Below, piece after piece: positions 37,682-52,053 of a DNA stretch of 64,000 nucleotides (its first letter is position 1; every line of letters begins with the position of its first letter). The stretch comes from Octopus vulgaris (Eukaryota). The stretch spans positions 23,126,001 through 23,190,000 of the forward strand of contig OX597827.1 in assembly GCA_951406725.2 (NCBI GenBank), written 5' to 3'. The translations under genes were made by a program, and so were the position numbers. The notes below the pieces were generated by a model. That model was not told the DNA's origin. It made no database searches and was given only the letters and a program-made list of their open reading frames with translations.

Positions 37682-40600
37682 CACATACACGAGCGAGTGC
37701 ACACACACACACACACATATATATACATATATACAAAACCCTTATGCATGCATACCTTTATGTGCACATGCACTACACACATACACACATGTATGTATAT
37801 GCATGCATATAATGTATGTATAGAATGGATATATATACATATAATATATTTGTGTATAATGCATGCTTATCAATGAGGCAGAGAATGTAAGGCAACAGCC
37901 ACAGCCGATTCAATGCCTCAAAGCTTGTAGAAAAATAATTAAGTGAGAATAATGATAACAGTATATTACTGGTATTTAATGTTTTGCAACCACTAGTGGG
38001 ATAGTATATAGAGTTATTCCAGACATTATGTCATGGCTGGAGTGTCTTGGATTTTAGGGTTTGATGGGTCAGGACTGAACTGGGGCCAAACGGCTATGCA
38101 CACCCCCTCTTCTGCCACCACCATTGTCTTCATTCATGTTCTGAGTGAATCCATCTTGTCCATTCCTGCTCTGGCCCCATCCACAATTTACTCAAATGCC
38201 TTGCCTATGGCCTTTAAGAGAATCAGTGGAGCACCTCGGTGACCTACAGTGTATCTTGGGCATTTTTAGAAATAGCGATGTCCATCCTTCTCTATGTCTC
38301 ACCATTTCTGATTTCTTCAAGAAAATGAAAAAAAAAAAAGAAAAAGACTGGGAGAAAGAAAGAATGTGAGAAAGAGAAGAATAAACCCAAGTACATGACT
38401 GGTACTTTATTGTCCTTGAAAGAATGAAAAGCGAATTTGACATGAGTAGGTTTTGAACCCAGAGCACAGAGATCTGATAGAAAAAGTAGCTGACTTCACT
38501 CAAATCACATTTTGCTATCATAGAAAAAGGCAGGCATATTAGGTGATGTCCAATGTTTTTTTTCCCAACAAACAGGTTTGTCATGGTTAGAATGTCTTTG
38601 ACCAGAGGTCTTCTTGATCAGAGTTGATCTGGAGCTTAACAACAACAATCCACATTTAGACATTAAGTGTACACTGGAGAGGCAGTGTGGCATTGCATTC
38701 CTGCAGAGCTGCACCCCATATGCCAGTGTAGTATGGTGTCAGATTGATGCAGTCATAGTATACCTGGGACAAAAGACTTATGGCTGGTATTCAGTCATTT
38801 GATCAACACCTGCGTGAGTTGGATTTGCTTGAATGGAGTCGGCTGACCCAGGATGACATGACAGCAACAATAACACCACCACCACCACTGCCACCATTGT
38901 GATTACCATCCTTAATCCTAATCACGATTTTGTTTCTTAAAATAATGACCAATAGCAGAAGAAGTGGAAATACTGGGTGTAATCCAATGTGCACAACTGA
39001 TACTCCAATACTCAAGAAGTCAGGTTTTCCAGTGAAATCACAAGGATATCATTTTACACACCTGAATATCATGTTTTTGTACCTGCAGCAAATGAAATCC
39101 GAAGCTCTTTTCAGTATTTTCTGTTTAAAATATTTCAAATTTTTTTACCTTTAATTTCAAAAGCCAGACAGAATATGAAATGTGTAAAATGATATATTTA
39201 AACCAGATGGTGTAATATATCTGTGTGTCTATAGATAGGAATTCAGACAGACGCACCTTCATATGTGTTTGTGTGTGTATCTCAAAGTAGAAAATTGGAA
39301 AAATGTTTTTTGGAAATATTTATTCACCATTACACATGCTTCATTTGCTAATAGGAATTACAAAATTGTACATGTAGGAGAAACATGTAAGATATCTCCT
39401 ATTAGAAATTCTTCAGATAGACAATCAAATAATAACACAAACAGAAAGGCTACATGTTATCATGTAATGGAAACATGGAGGAAATACCCATTACTTTTGA
39501 CATGCCAGACAATCAATCTGTGAACAAAAGACAAAACAAAAATAGCAGTGATTAGGACCACAGGCTACATGAAAAGAAGGATTACTTTAGTTCTTTCTTA
39601 TATGGCCAAGTTAAAATCGATGGTTGTTTTTAAAAGAGAAAACTCGGTCAGAAGATTTCCAAAAGAATTAATATCCATGTGCATTTCCAAGACTTGAATG
39701 ATGGATGAGGCTGGATGGAGAAAATGGTTGAAAAAAGTTTAGAATTTGTGACCTGCTAGGCTGTAAATAGAACAGAGTTTGTTTACATGGTGATGGTTTC
39801 TGTCAATTCTCAACAACAACTACATCTCATACAAACTTTGAACCATCCAACTTGATGTTAAACATCTTACCCTTGTTGTTAGTAGTAATCTCAGTTTTTC
39901 GCCAATAAAAATAAATATTTTTATTGCAATATAATCTCAATAGAATTTCTGTTCTTTTCATATGCATGCATGTGCATATGTACATACAGACATATCTGTG
40001 TACGTATGTACCTAAGTGACAATGCATGCCCTTGTTGTGATCTTCTATTTAAGACAAACTGTTAATCAATGCAAGCCAAGAAACCTTATCAGACATTATG
40101 TGTGTCACCTGCTGTGTCATGTGATGTCACCATATTTTTTTCGATTGTTTCTTAATTTATGATCTGTCAATTTGGTTGGAAAACATAGTTTTTCTAGTGT
40201 GAAACACTTAAAACGTCATTTCAATAGAATTTATTGACGTGTTCTTAAAAATCATTATTTTTTTCACAAGTTAACAAAGTAAAACTGCTATGTGTTCACT
40301 CAAACTGCTAGAAATAGCAGTTACATTTTCTGCAAATCCCATCCTGCAGTCTTAAGAAAGTGAACATATATTGTTTCATCATTGTCCCAGCTTCACTACA
40401 TTTTTATAAAAAGACCAAATAATTTTGATTTGAATACCTTTGGTCATGGGTCTGTTTGATAAAAACTCACCAAGTTCTAAACAACAGCAACAACAACAAT
40501 ATATAGATTTTTTTCAAACGATGTCACACTCAGTCACACACACACACATATATACACATACGCACCTTTGACTGTTGACACTCCCAGGTGATATATTTTT

Positions 40601-42315
40601 AATCTGGTGACTCAATTCAAAGAAACATTAATCTACATCACCCGAATCTGTTATTATTTATTCTATTTAATCTAATTGCTATTCCAGAATTTAAAAGAAA
40701 TTTTCAACAATTTCTGTATTGAAATTTGAAATGACCCACAGAATAAAATCGACCGACAGACATATTGAGACCAGAAAAATTGATAAGTATTTTTATGCGT
40801 TGTGCGTAGGTAACAGTCAGCCGATGACTCATACCTAAGTGGGAAAAGAAGGTGCCCAGAGCAGTGGGAATCGGTTGTCCAGCAGATGTTAACATAATGT
40901 TTAAGATAAAAGAAAACATTGCAGGTTGAAATAAAACGAGACTTGCAGATCCTTCGACGGCTCTGTAACTTTAGACATAATGTTTTTGTGGAATTTGGAG
41001 ACGTAACTATGTCAGCCCCTATTTTGAGAAGATGGTTGACACAAAACCAGTAAAAAGGAATGGCTAATTTGAGAATTACAGTTGCAAGTAAATTAATGGG
41101 ACCATAGAAATATATGAAACATCGTAGGAGGTCTGTGTGGGTGTGTGTATGCATGTATTTACATACATGCATACACACACACACATAGACATGTGTACAC
41201 ACACACACATAGACATGTGTACACACACACACACATTAGTTTATGTGCAGATGCATACATAAAAGATAAACACGTTCTTACACACACACACACACACACA
41301 CACATTTATATACATGTATGAGCATAAATAAACTAATAGAGATTACTCGGGATGGCCAGCAGAATGTCTAAGAGCAACATAGACAAATACAGGTCTATCA
41401 AATACCATACAAATTAAGTTCTTGATTTATTAAAACTGTCTCTACTCCTAGGGGTGGGTGTCATAATTACCAAATGGCAATTAAGAGCAGCACCATATGA
41501 GAAGGGGAGATAGAATCAAGAATTAAGGAAAAGGACAGGCTTATTGTCTGGAGATAAGAGACATGTTTCTACCTCAATGGGCATCATCAGCATGAAATTG
41601 TCCTTCCTTATCTCCAATAGCCATACACACATTTGTACATATGTACGTATGTATATATGTATGGTTTGTACACATATTCATTAGTTCACTTATCACTAAC
41701 TATTTGGAAAACCTGGGGCTTCCATATGAAGAAAGTGACCAGACAACACACACAATTTGCAAATATAATTTGTAAAGGAAATACTAATAATGTACAAGAC
41801 TTTTCTAAAATCCTGATGCGAAATTCTTTACCATTGTTAACTTGGTTCTGGTGCTGAAGATTTGTTTCTTTTTTTGGAAATCTGCTCCTTCTTTATAAAA
41901 AGAACTCAATATTTACAAATGATATATTATATATTCACAGATATATCATATTATATTATATTATATAAATATAAATAATAGAATATAAGGATAAAAATCA
42001 TGTTAATGATTTTTATCAAGTTGACGAAAGAAAAAAGCCTGTTGATGGTTTCAATTCAGAAATTGGAACCAACTCAAAATTAACATGAGGTCTTTTGAAT
42101 ATTTTTTCACTAGCCTGCTTTCAGCCATGTGTATATTTATCTGGAGATTTTGGTAGTTTCTTGAAGGTCTTGGCACGTCAAGCATGCTGGAGACAGGTCG
42201 TTTTCACCCTTGTTCCCTTAATATAAATTATATACATATAGCGGATCTACTTCTAGCATAAGGGTTCTCCACATAGTGGTCATCCCTCTCATATGTATAT
42301 AATACTATATCTATA

Positions 42316-42346
<31 letters not shown>

Positions 42347-42350
<4 letters not shown>

Positions 42351-42698
42351 AATTGCAGTATGGAAAGTGTTTATAAGCCATTTAAATACACACAAAAACC
42401 GTTTGATTCACTTCAACATTTAAATTTAACTTGTCAAAATATTTTCGTCTTTTTGGAACCACAACCTACATACATATATATCATGAACTAACTGCAGCAC
42501 GGAATTTTGTCAGTGAACAGGTCGCAGTTTCAAAGTGACAAAAATATTTTGACAAATTAAATTTAAATATTGAAGTGAATTTAACGTTTTTTGTGTGTTT
42601 CTTAAATGGCTTATAAACACCTTCTGTGCTGCAACTGTTTTTGTTTCAGCACACAATCTCAGATCTGGTCACTTGCTATGCAAGTACATCTCCATAAT
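42347..42698. mobile_element. Second, CpG-decayed copy of the hammerhead fold-back element
   Basis: Same arms and unique tail as 25036-25396; motif at 42507-42555. Confidence 0.9.
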
Positions 42699-42834
42699 AT
42701 GTATATATAATTATTATTTAAAGGTCATAATACATGTATTAAAGTGCTACCAATAGTTTCGTATGTTGAGAGAACTCTCAAACATATTCTTCAGGTGAAA
42801 TATACATATAACAAAGTAAAAAATTGTACACATA

Positions 42835-43270
<436 letters not shown>

Positions 43271-43421
43271 TGAGTCAACAGTTACTTATATTGTGATTGT
43301 AAAGTCCAGTAAAATCTGAGGGAAAAAAGAAACAGGGGTTTCAGTTGAGCTGATCGATGGAACAGCCTACCCATGAAATTAACACGCAAGTGGCTGAGCA
43401 CTCCACAGACACAATGCATAC

Positions 43422-43686
43422 ATATTTCTTTATTACCCACAAGGGGCTAAACTTAGAGGGGACAAACAAGGACAGACATAGGTATTAAGTCGATTACATC
43501 GACCCCAGTGCGCAACTGGTACTTAATTTATCGACCCCAGTGCGCAACTGGTACTTAATTTATCGACCCCGAAAGGATGAAAGGCAAAGTCAACCTCGGC
43601 GGAATTTGAACTCACAACGTAACGACAGACGAAATACCGCTAAGCATTTCGCCCGGCGTGCTAACGTTTCTGCCAGCTCGCCGCCT
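43422..43686 (-). mobile_element. Young SINE B (long tail) nested in an older SINE (~43335-43830)
   Basis: 20-bp TSD tccacagacacaatgcatac at 43402-43421 and 43687-43706; internal 32-bp tandem duplication at 43498-43561. Confidence 0.92.
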
Positions 43687-44119
43687 TCCACAGACACAAT
43701 GCATACCCTTAACGTAGTTCTCAGGGAGATTCAGCATGACATACAATGCCACAAGGCTGGCCCCTTGAATTCCAGGCCCCACTGATTTTTGCCAGCTGAG
43801 TGGAACTGAAGCAACATGAAATAAAATGTAAGGACCCTTTGTAAATCAATGGGACAGCGACCTACTTCTGCTAAACTCAGTCAACTGTATCAAATAATGA
43901 TTGTGTAGAACAATTGATATTTGTAAATATATCAGTGCAATTAATCACTCTCGTTAGGTGTGACTTTGGTCTTAATGGCTGCAACGGTTATTGGCAGTCA
44001 TAATACTTAGTGTTGTATTGACAGCTAGAATATAGATTATCCAGGATTATCCACCATTTTCCCAACCACGGACTTGGGGACGTTTTTGAATTCCATGTCT
44101 AACTCTTGTGGATAGCTTT

Positions 44120-44470
44120 TACCTTTTACCTTTTATTTATTTCAGGGATTGGAATGTGGCCATGCTGGGGCAAAACTGCCTTGAAGAACTTTTAGTTGAA
44201 TGAATTGACCCCCCAGGACTTAATTTAAAAAAAAAGCCTAGTGCTTACTCTGTCAGTCCCCTTTACTGAGCTGCTAAGTTACAGGGACACACCAACACTG
44301 GTTGCCAAGCGGTGGTGGGGAGGGATGGACATACACACACACAAACACATTGAGCTTCTTTCAGTTTCCGTCTACCAAATCCAATCCCAAGGCTTTGGTT
44401 AGCATGAGGCTATAGTAGAAGACAATTGCTCAAGGTGCCATGCAGTGGGACTGAACCTGGAACCATGTTC
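44120..44470 (-). mobile_element. SINE family A
   Basis: Matches 28980-29413. Confidence 0.8.
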
Positions 44471-44472
44471 TT

Positions 44473-45055
44473 CATGACTTCCAGGAACATTTTTCCCCAC
44501 TCAGACCTGCTGAAGCATGGAATAAACCACCTGCATCAGTTGTCGGCTGGCGAGACAATACATCCTTCAAAAGTACCATCCTTCCTGAAATTCCTCAACA
44601 GTAGTATACCTGATGTGTGGAGGCACATAGCTGAGTTGTTAGAGCAGCGGACTTGCAATTGAGGGATCACAGGTTCAAATCTCAGACCAGGTGATGTGTG
44701 TGTGTGTTATGAGCGAAACACCTAAGCTCTATGCAGCTCTGGCAGAAGATAATGTCGGACCTCTATTGACACTTTTACTTTCTCTGATTCTTTTCTCCTG
44801 TATCTAGCAGCTCACCTGTGATGGACTGGCATCTCGTCCAGGTGGGGAATGTATACACTAATGAAACTAGACAAGGCTCAAGAAGGAACAAACAACAACA
44901 ACACCTGATGTGGTCCCCTATTTTTTTTTTCAATGACTTCTTCGTTGTTCACTTCCCGTGCATTATTCTGCAAATGGTCCGTACACTTTCGGCTACTTTT
45001 TCTGATGAGTTGCAGTGCATCTGAGCACTTTATACAATAAATTCATTATCATTAA
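44473..45055 (+). mobile_element. CR1 3' end interrupted by a SINE C-headed element (~44615-44885)
   Basis: HDFQEHF..AEAWNK.PASVV matches the 16.4-kb CR1; tail ctgagcactttatacaataa. Confidence 0.75.
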
Positions 45056-45094
45056 TTTGTACAATTAATTACTGAATAATATTAATGGGTTGAA

Positions 45095-45990
45095 AGATGG
45101 TAAGCTGGTAGAACCATTAGCACACTGGGCAAAATGCTTAGTGGCATTTCATCCGTCTTTGCATTGGGAGTTCAAATTCTGCCAAGATCAACTTTGCTTT
45201 CATCCTTTCAGGGTTGGTAAAACAAATAAGTAAACATTGGGGTTGATGTAAGTGACCCGATCCCCAAACACTGAAATTGCTGGCCTTGTGCCAAAATTTG
45301 AAATCAACATTAATGGATAGAACACTTACAATTGGTAAGGATAAAACATACTTCTTAGTTTTGGTGGTTAAAAAATTTAATTTTGGTAGGAATAACAATA
45401 CCGATGGCTATGATATCATTATTGATCCCTATAATACTTATTAATGGCTATAATTCTTAGTATTTGTCGGTATGGTAATTCTGGTAGGTATAACAGTTGG
45501 TAGTTCTGATTATAAATGTTAGTATTGGTGACTGCAGTCGTTAGTAACAGGAACTATTCAAGTGATAGGAGTCAAGTTTAGTATATGTGGTCAATATAGT
45601 TACTGGTGATAAGGCAACGAGCTGGCAGAAACATTAGCATGTCAGGCAAAATGCTTTGCGGTATTTCATCTGCCGTTATGTTCTGGGTTCAAATTCTGCC
45701 GATGTCGACTTTGCCTTTCATCCTTTCAGGGTCGATAAATTAAGTACCAGTTACACACTGGGGTCGATATAATCGACTTAATCCCTTTGTCTGTCTGTGT
45801 TTGTCCCCTCTATGTTTAGCCCCCTTGTGGGCAATGAAGAAATAAGAAACAAGAATCGTAGTAAGCTGGGAGAAATGTTTAGCAGCTTTTTGTCTGTTTA
45901 CATATTCTTAGTTCAAATTCCACTGAGGCTGACTTTGCCTTTCATCCTTTCTAAGTCAATAAAGTAAGTACCAGTTGAAAACTGGGGTCC
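45095..45990 (+). mobile_element. Three SINE B copies
   Basis: About 45095-45310, 45610-45850 and 45860-45990; the last two are bracketed by direct repeat caatatagttactggtg (45592, 45990). Confidence 0.85.
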
Positions 45991-46306
45991 AATATAGTTA
46001 CTGGTGGTAAAACTAATTACTGATAACTAAATTAATTACTAGTGGATGTAATAGTAATGATGCTTAGAATAACAATTGGTAGCTATAATAATAGCACTGA
46101 CAATTATAACAATTAGTATGGTAGTTGCAGCAATTATCAATGGCTAAAATAGTTATGAAAGTTAAAATAGTTCTTAGTACAAAATGAATTCAAATACTAA
46201 CCCAATATGTAGATATGACAGCTGGTAGTAGTAAGAAACATGGGCAAACACCAGCTACGTTTGTAGATATGATAGTTAGGAATAGAAAATATGGAGAAGT
46301 ACTCAC

Positions 46307-46516
46307 CATGTCTGAAGAAATGTGTCTTGATGTTTACATTTATAGACTTTGGATCAAAAGTTTGTTGCGGTTGGGAGGTGAGTTCACATCCAACATGACA
46401 CTGTACTTGTTAAGTAAGGATATGGGGCAGAAGCAGAGGAGAACGAAAAGCAGACAATCGTGAATTTTGAACATCAGGTTATTAGTTATTGATTTGATTT
46501 GCTGTAGAGTAATGTA
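46307..46516 (-). other. Candidate exon ending in ATG at the donor
   Basis: Long CT tract plus cattttttag| acceptor; GACATG|gtgagt donor; contains a 44-codon ORF at 46340-46474. Confidence 0.55.
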
Positions 46517-46989
46517 CTAAAAAATGTGAGGGAGAGTGAGGGAGGGCGAGTGAGAGAGAGAGAGGGAGGGAGAGAGGGTGGGTTGGAGGGAGGAGGGAGA
46601 GGGAGGGAGAGAGGGAGTACCAATTGATTTATTTTGTATCAATATCGGAATGCCTGAGTGTTTCAGCCTTGACTTAAGATCATAAACGTTGGTTCTCAGT
46701 TCATCTCTAGTGAAATGGTAACAGCTGGTTCAGTAACGTTGTTGACAAGGATTTTGTCTCAGATATCTTTAGCATTTTGACACACGCACACACACACACA
46801 CACACAAATATATGTATAAGAAAAAATGGGATTAAAAATTCTTGGCAGCTATCGAGTAAGCACTCAGTAGAAAGGAACGAGGTTAAATTTCCAACAAGTA
46901 GATTCCAGTAAATGTATGTAGAATACAAATATTATTGGTTGTTTTATACATACATACATACATACATATATATATACACACACACATAA

Positions 46990-48060
46990 TCATCATTTAA
47001 TGTCAGTTGACCATGCTGGCATGGGTTGGACGGTTTGACCAGGGCTGGAAGGCTGCACCAGACTCCAGTCTGTTTTGGCATGGTTTCTATGGCTGGATGC
47101 CCTTCCTAACACCAACCACTCCAAGAGTGTAACGAGTGTTTTTACGTGCCACCAGCACGGGTGCCATTTGTGTGACACAACTGCGATTTTACTTGGCTTG
47201 GTGGGTCTTCTTCTCAAGCATGACATAATACCAAAGGTCTCAGCCATTACTTCTGTGAGACCCAACTCTCAAAAGGAACTCGGTCACTCTGCCTCCATGA
47301 GACCCAACATTCAAAGGTTGATTTTCTCCTTTACATGCCACCAGCACAGCTGCACTTGGCTTGATGGGTTTTCTCAAGCACAGAACATTGCCAAAGGTCT
47401 CAGTCACTAGTCATTGCCTCTGTGAGGTTCAAAGTTCAAAGGTCATGCCTCACCACCTCGTCCAATGTCTTCCTGGATCTACCTCTACCACAGGTTCCCT
47501 TCACAGTTAGAGATAGGCACTTCTTTACACAGCTGTCCTCGTCCATACACATCACATGACCATACCAGCACAGTCATATCTCTCGCACACCACATCTGAT
47601 GCCTCTTATGCCCTACTTTCCTCTCAGGATGCTTACACGCTGTCGTGTATGCACACCAACATAACACATCTAGCAGAGCTTACTAGCTTCATTTCTTTCA
47701 AGCCTACACATGTCCTCAGTTGTCATAGCCCATGTTCCACTGCCATATAGCATAGCTGTTTGCACACAGCCATCATACAATCTGCCTTTCACTCTGAGAG
47801 AGAGACCCTTTGTTGCCAGCAGAAGCAGGAGCTCTCAATTTTATTCTGACAGCTGTACTCATGGAGCATCCACTTCTGCTACTAACTCAATCACCTAGGT
47901 AATCAAAGCTATCTACTACCTCTAGCCTACCCCATTGGCAGTTGACAGAGTCTATTTTCGTGCATTTTCAGCATTTATTGTATCTGTGCATCTTCCATAT
48001 ACAAAAGCTAGCTTCCCTGTTAACCTTCCTCTGATATTGCTGTACCTTTTATGTGTCATT
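46990..48060 (-). mobile_element. Degenerate RTE-1 LINE 3' portion
   Basis: Homologous to 21.0-22.2 kb. Confidence 0.85.
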
Positions 48061-48250
48061 CTTTCCGTGCATCAAACTAATACACCTGCTTCTTGTTCCT
48101 ACACCTGTCTTCATCTTTTGTTTTTCTATAAATTTCAACCATATATTATATGCTTACATGGTCACTCCAGTTTGATCCTGACTGGACTTCCTACTCTTTG
48201 GACTCGCATTTCTAAACCTGAACTTTAAGTACCACTCCTCATCCACATAC

Positions 48251-48333
48251 CAGCGCTCTGCCCGGATTACCATTGGATCTACTGACTTTACTTTCACGGA
48301 TTTCACTGGATTGTTTTGTTGATGTAACAAAAT
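48251..48333 (-). other. Candidate exon (83 nt)
   Basis: (gt)n-tag| acceptor and GCTG|gtatgt donor in unique sequence. Confidence 0.45.
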
Positions 48334-48371
48334 CTACACACACACACATACAAACACATGGTTAGATAGAT

Positions 48372-48429
<58 letters not shown>

Positions 48430-48613
48430 GTGTATATATATATATACGTTTTATTTATTATTTTGCACATTACTTAATCATTGGTTTAGTATTTTTATCT
48501 TATATTTAATATTTCTATTATATGTAATTTCCTAGATGGTGTAATTTAATTTTTCATTCTGAATTGGTAAAAGGTATTTTTTTCTAATTTATATATATAT
48601 ATATATATATATA

Positions 48614-48738
48614 TAGTGAATTGAAGAAATGGAGTTGAACGAAGATTGAACAGAAATCGTTTTATTTCATTCTACACGTGTTTCGAAAGGCACGATTTCT
48701 GTTCAATCTTCGTTCAACTCCATTTCTTCAATTCACTA
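48614..48738. repeat. Perfect 47-bp-arm inverted repeat with half a hammerhead in the loop
   Basis: Arms 48614-48660 and 48692-48738; minus loop reads CGAAACACGUGUAGAAUGAAAUAAA. Confidence 0.9.
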
Positions 48739-48898
48739 ATAATATTAAAATTCAATTATCCGCACCAACGCACGGTTGCAACACCATATGGTTGTACCTC
48801 CAACCGTGCTGTCTTCTGCTGTGATTTTTGCTACCAAGGTATCGGTTAAACTTTTGATTAATCTGCAACAAGATTATTCATCTTTCTATTTCACATAA

Positions 48899-49026
48899 TA
48901 TATATATATATATGTATGTATGTATGTATGTAGGTATGTATGTATGTATGTATGTATGTATGTATGTATGTATGTATGTATGTATGTATGTATGTATGTA
49001 TGTATGTATGTATGTATGTATGTATG

Positions 49027-49089
<63 letters not shown>

Positions 49090-49135
49090 TGTATGTATGT
49101 ATGTATTTATTTATTTATTTATTTATTTATTTATA
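48899..49135. repeat. (TATG)n/(TA)n/(TTTA)n microsatellite
   Basis: Direct. Confidence 0.95.
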
Positions 49136-49316
49136 AACAGACACTAAGGCTGAAAATTATGGAAAAGAGAGACACACATAGGTGCTTTTTAGTAACAACT
49201 ATAATTATATATTATTCATACTATAATATATGCTCCATTTAGAGTGACTAAACTGAATCAATTGACTGAAAATAGAGGAGCCGAACCACTGTATGAATAA
49301 TATATAATTACAGTTG

Positions 49317-49361
<45 letters not shown>

Positions 49362-49554
49362 TGTATTTAACCCTTGAAAGATTATAACTAAGAATTGTGT
49401 TCTCATTCCATGTAGAATGAAATGCTTTTGTGAATTTGAATTCAGTTCTCTTTTTTCAATGAAGACAAAGTCTAAGAATCACTTGAATCCTCAAAAGTAG
49501 GTCTGTGGATCAGAACGAAGCAGAAAGTTCCATGTTTTTATTAAAGTCGTAAGC

Positions 49555-50242
49555 TCTTGTGTTGGTGCCACATAAAAAGCACTCGGTCCATTCTCTGTAA
49601 AGTGGCTGGCATTAGGAAGGGCATCCAGTTTCAGAAACCATGCCAAACAGACAATTGGATCAGGGAGCAGCTTTCTGGCTTGCCAGCTCCTGTCGCACCA
49701 TCCAACCCATGCCAGTATGGAAAACGGACATTAAGATGACGATGATGATGACGACTATGATGATGATAATGATGATGATGACGATGATGATGATAATGAT
49801 GATGATGATGATGACGATGATGAGTATGATGATGATGACGACGACGATGACGACGATGATGATGATGATGATGATGATGACGATGAGGAAGATGAGGAGG
49901 AGGGTGATGATGATGATGAGGAGGGTGATGATGATGATGAGGAGGAGGATGATGATGATGAGGAGAAGGACGATGATGATGATGATGATGATGAGAATGA
50001 TGATGATGATGACGATGATGATGGTGACGATGATGAGGGTGATGATGACGACGATGGTGATGACGATGATGAGGGTGATGATGATGATGGAGATGATGAG
50101 GTTGATGATGATGATGATGATAATGATGACGATGATGATGACGATGATAATGATGACGACAATGATGATGATGACGACGATGATGATGATGATGAGGAGG
50201 AGGATGATAATAACAATGATGATGATGAGGATGATGATGATA
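49555..50242 (+). repeat. RTE-1 3' fragment followed by ~500 bp of expanded (GAT/GAC/GAG)n tail
   Basis: Family D motif 49555-49735, then the triplet tract. Confidence 0.9.
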
Positions 50243-51202
50243 AACAAGAACAAAAAAAAAAAATCAATTTCGATTCCACTGTTTACCATTTATTGGAATT
50301 GTTCAATTTATTTTTTTCTTTTATACAGAATTAAAACTTGTTCTATGTTTGTATTGTGTCGCCGCCATCCCAGCGTTTGGGTTAATTAGAGAAAATAAAT
50401 TAATTGTTAGAAGTTTGAGTCTTTTTACATTTCCAAATGTGATTTTACTTTTGTAGCGTGAAGGCAGAGGGTGCAAAAATTTGCTGAAACTTTTCCTATG
50501 AATCCGGGGCATAGAAAAGCTTGGAAACCATGGCCCTCTACAATGGTCATCTTAAGACAAATTGGACTGTTGTTTGGAGTGCCTCATGGACCTAGGGAAC
50601 CAGTTCTGCTCTATGTATACTATGGATTGCTGTCGTTAATTTGGGCAAAGGTCTTAATTGCTGTTCCTATATGTTCCTTTCTCTTGTTAGAAATTGCAAC
50701 TAAATCTCTCCCTCATCACACCCAACAGTTGTAAATAAGAGGACAAACTGTATAAGTTAACTCCTACATACCCTAAAAAGATGGAGAGGTCACGGCTGGA
50801 ATGTTTATTATAAGTCGGGTCGAACTGCACCGACACGAGCAGCTGCAGAAAAGTAAAGCCACAAAAAAAAAAAGAAAAAGAAAGAAAAGAAAGCAGTCGT
50901 AATTCTAAACCAATTTTTTTGGTAGAAGGGAAATAACTCTGTTTGACTGCACGCCCACATCATCTGATTATCTTTTCTTTGTCAGCCAAGAATTAAACTT
51001 CTTCCGTAGTTGAACGACAGAAAATAAAATGGAAAGTGAGGAAAGGGTCAGAACGGCAATTTACAGAATGGAGGGAACGTTGTTGAACGAGAGACGTCAC
51101 TTGTCTTACGTGATACTAGACTGGTAAGAAATAGGAGCTAAATCATCCCAAATCACAATCTATAATTTCAAATAAAGAAAGGACACAGGGATATATAATC
51201 CT

Positions 51203-51245
<43 letters not shown>

Positions 51246-51639
51246 CATATATATATATATTAAAAAAAAAATGTGGGGTGGGTTTCCTGTTTGGAACCGC
51301 CCCTGGTCATAAATCTAATTTATCAGCGCGGATTTGAGGCTACACAACAACAAGATACTAGAGCCAACTTCTATGTGGTCATTCAATCTGCTAGAAATAG
51401 CAGCCAGGTCAGGTGAAGACGGGCTGGTCACAGCTGGACGGCCTTTCTAGCAATAATTTTTATGTCTGAGATGAGGCAAGTATGGCCATAGTGTTGAGAA
51501 GTTTGCCTTGTAATCATATAGATCGAGGTTCAGTTCCACTACACGGCACTTTGAGCAGCTCTGGAGTGGATGTTATCTACCTTAACTCCATGGAATTCTT
51601 TGATTTCTGTGTCATACAAATAAATTTCAATGATACTCT

Positions 51640-51895
51640 CTGCAATGGAGACAAGGGCTAATCTTTGCAGTTGGTTTGAAGTTCTTTGTTCTCAGTTTAA
51701 AAGAGGAAAGCAGTGGTCACGGCACTAAGATAACCTGGTGTCCTGCAGGGATCTGTTCTTGGACCCTTGCCATTTGTTGCATATATTAATGAAATAAATG
51801 CCAACTTGAAGCATGTTACTGGGTTAAAATGCACAAATGACATTAAGTCAAACTTCAAGATAATAAGAATGGATCCTGTAAATCTTTATTGCAAT
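51640..51895 (+). mobile_element. Degenerate CR1 RT fragment
   Basis: GVLQGSVLGPLPFVAYIN. Confidence 0.7.
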
Positions 51896-52011
51896 CCAAT
51901 GACTTTATCTTTCAGGGTTGATAAAATAAGTACCAGTTGAACACTGGGGTTGATGCAATCGACTCAGCCCCTCCCTCCAAAATGGCTGCCCTTGTGCATT
52001 TAGCAGAAAGG

Positions 52012-52053
<42 letters not shown>

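Noticed and set aside
42347-42640. Editing signature in the second fold-back copy
   Set aside because: Arm mismatches are of mixed polarity and largely CpG decay
49640-50389. 249-aa poly-Met ORF and antisense poly-Ile/Ser ORFs
   Set aside because: Translation of the (GAT)n tail
50986-51123. Plus-strand exon with MESEERVRTAIY... ORF
   Set aside because: The donor falls inside ancient repeat family G and no partner exons were found
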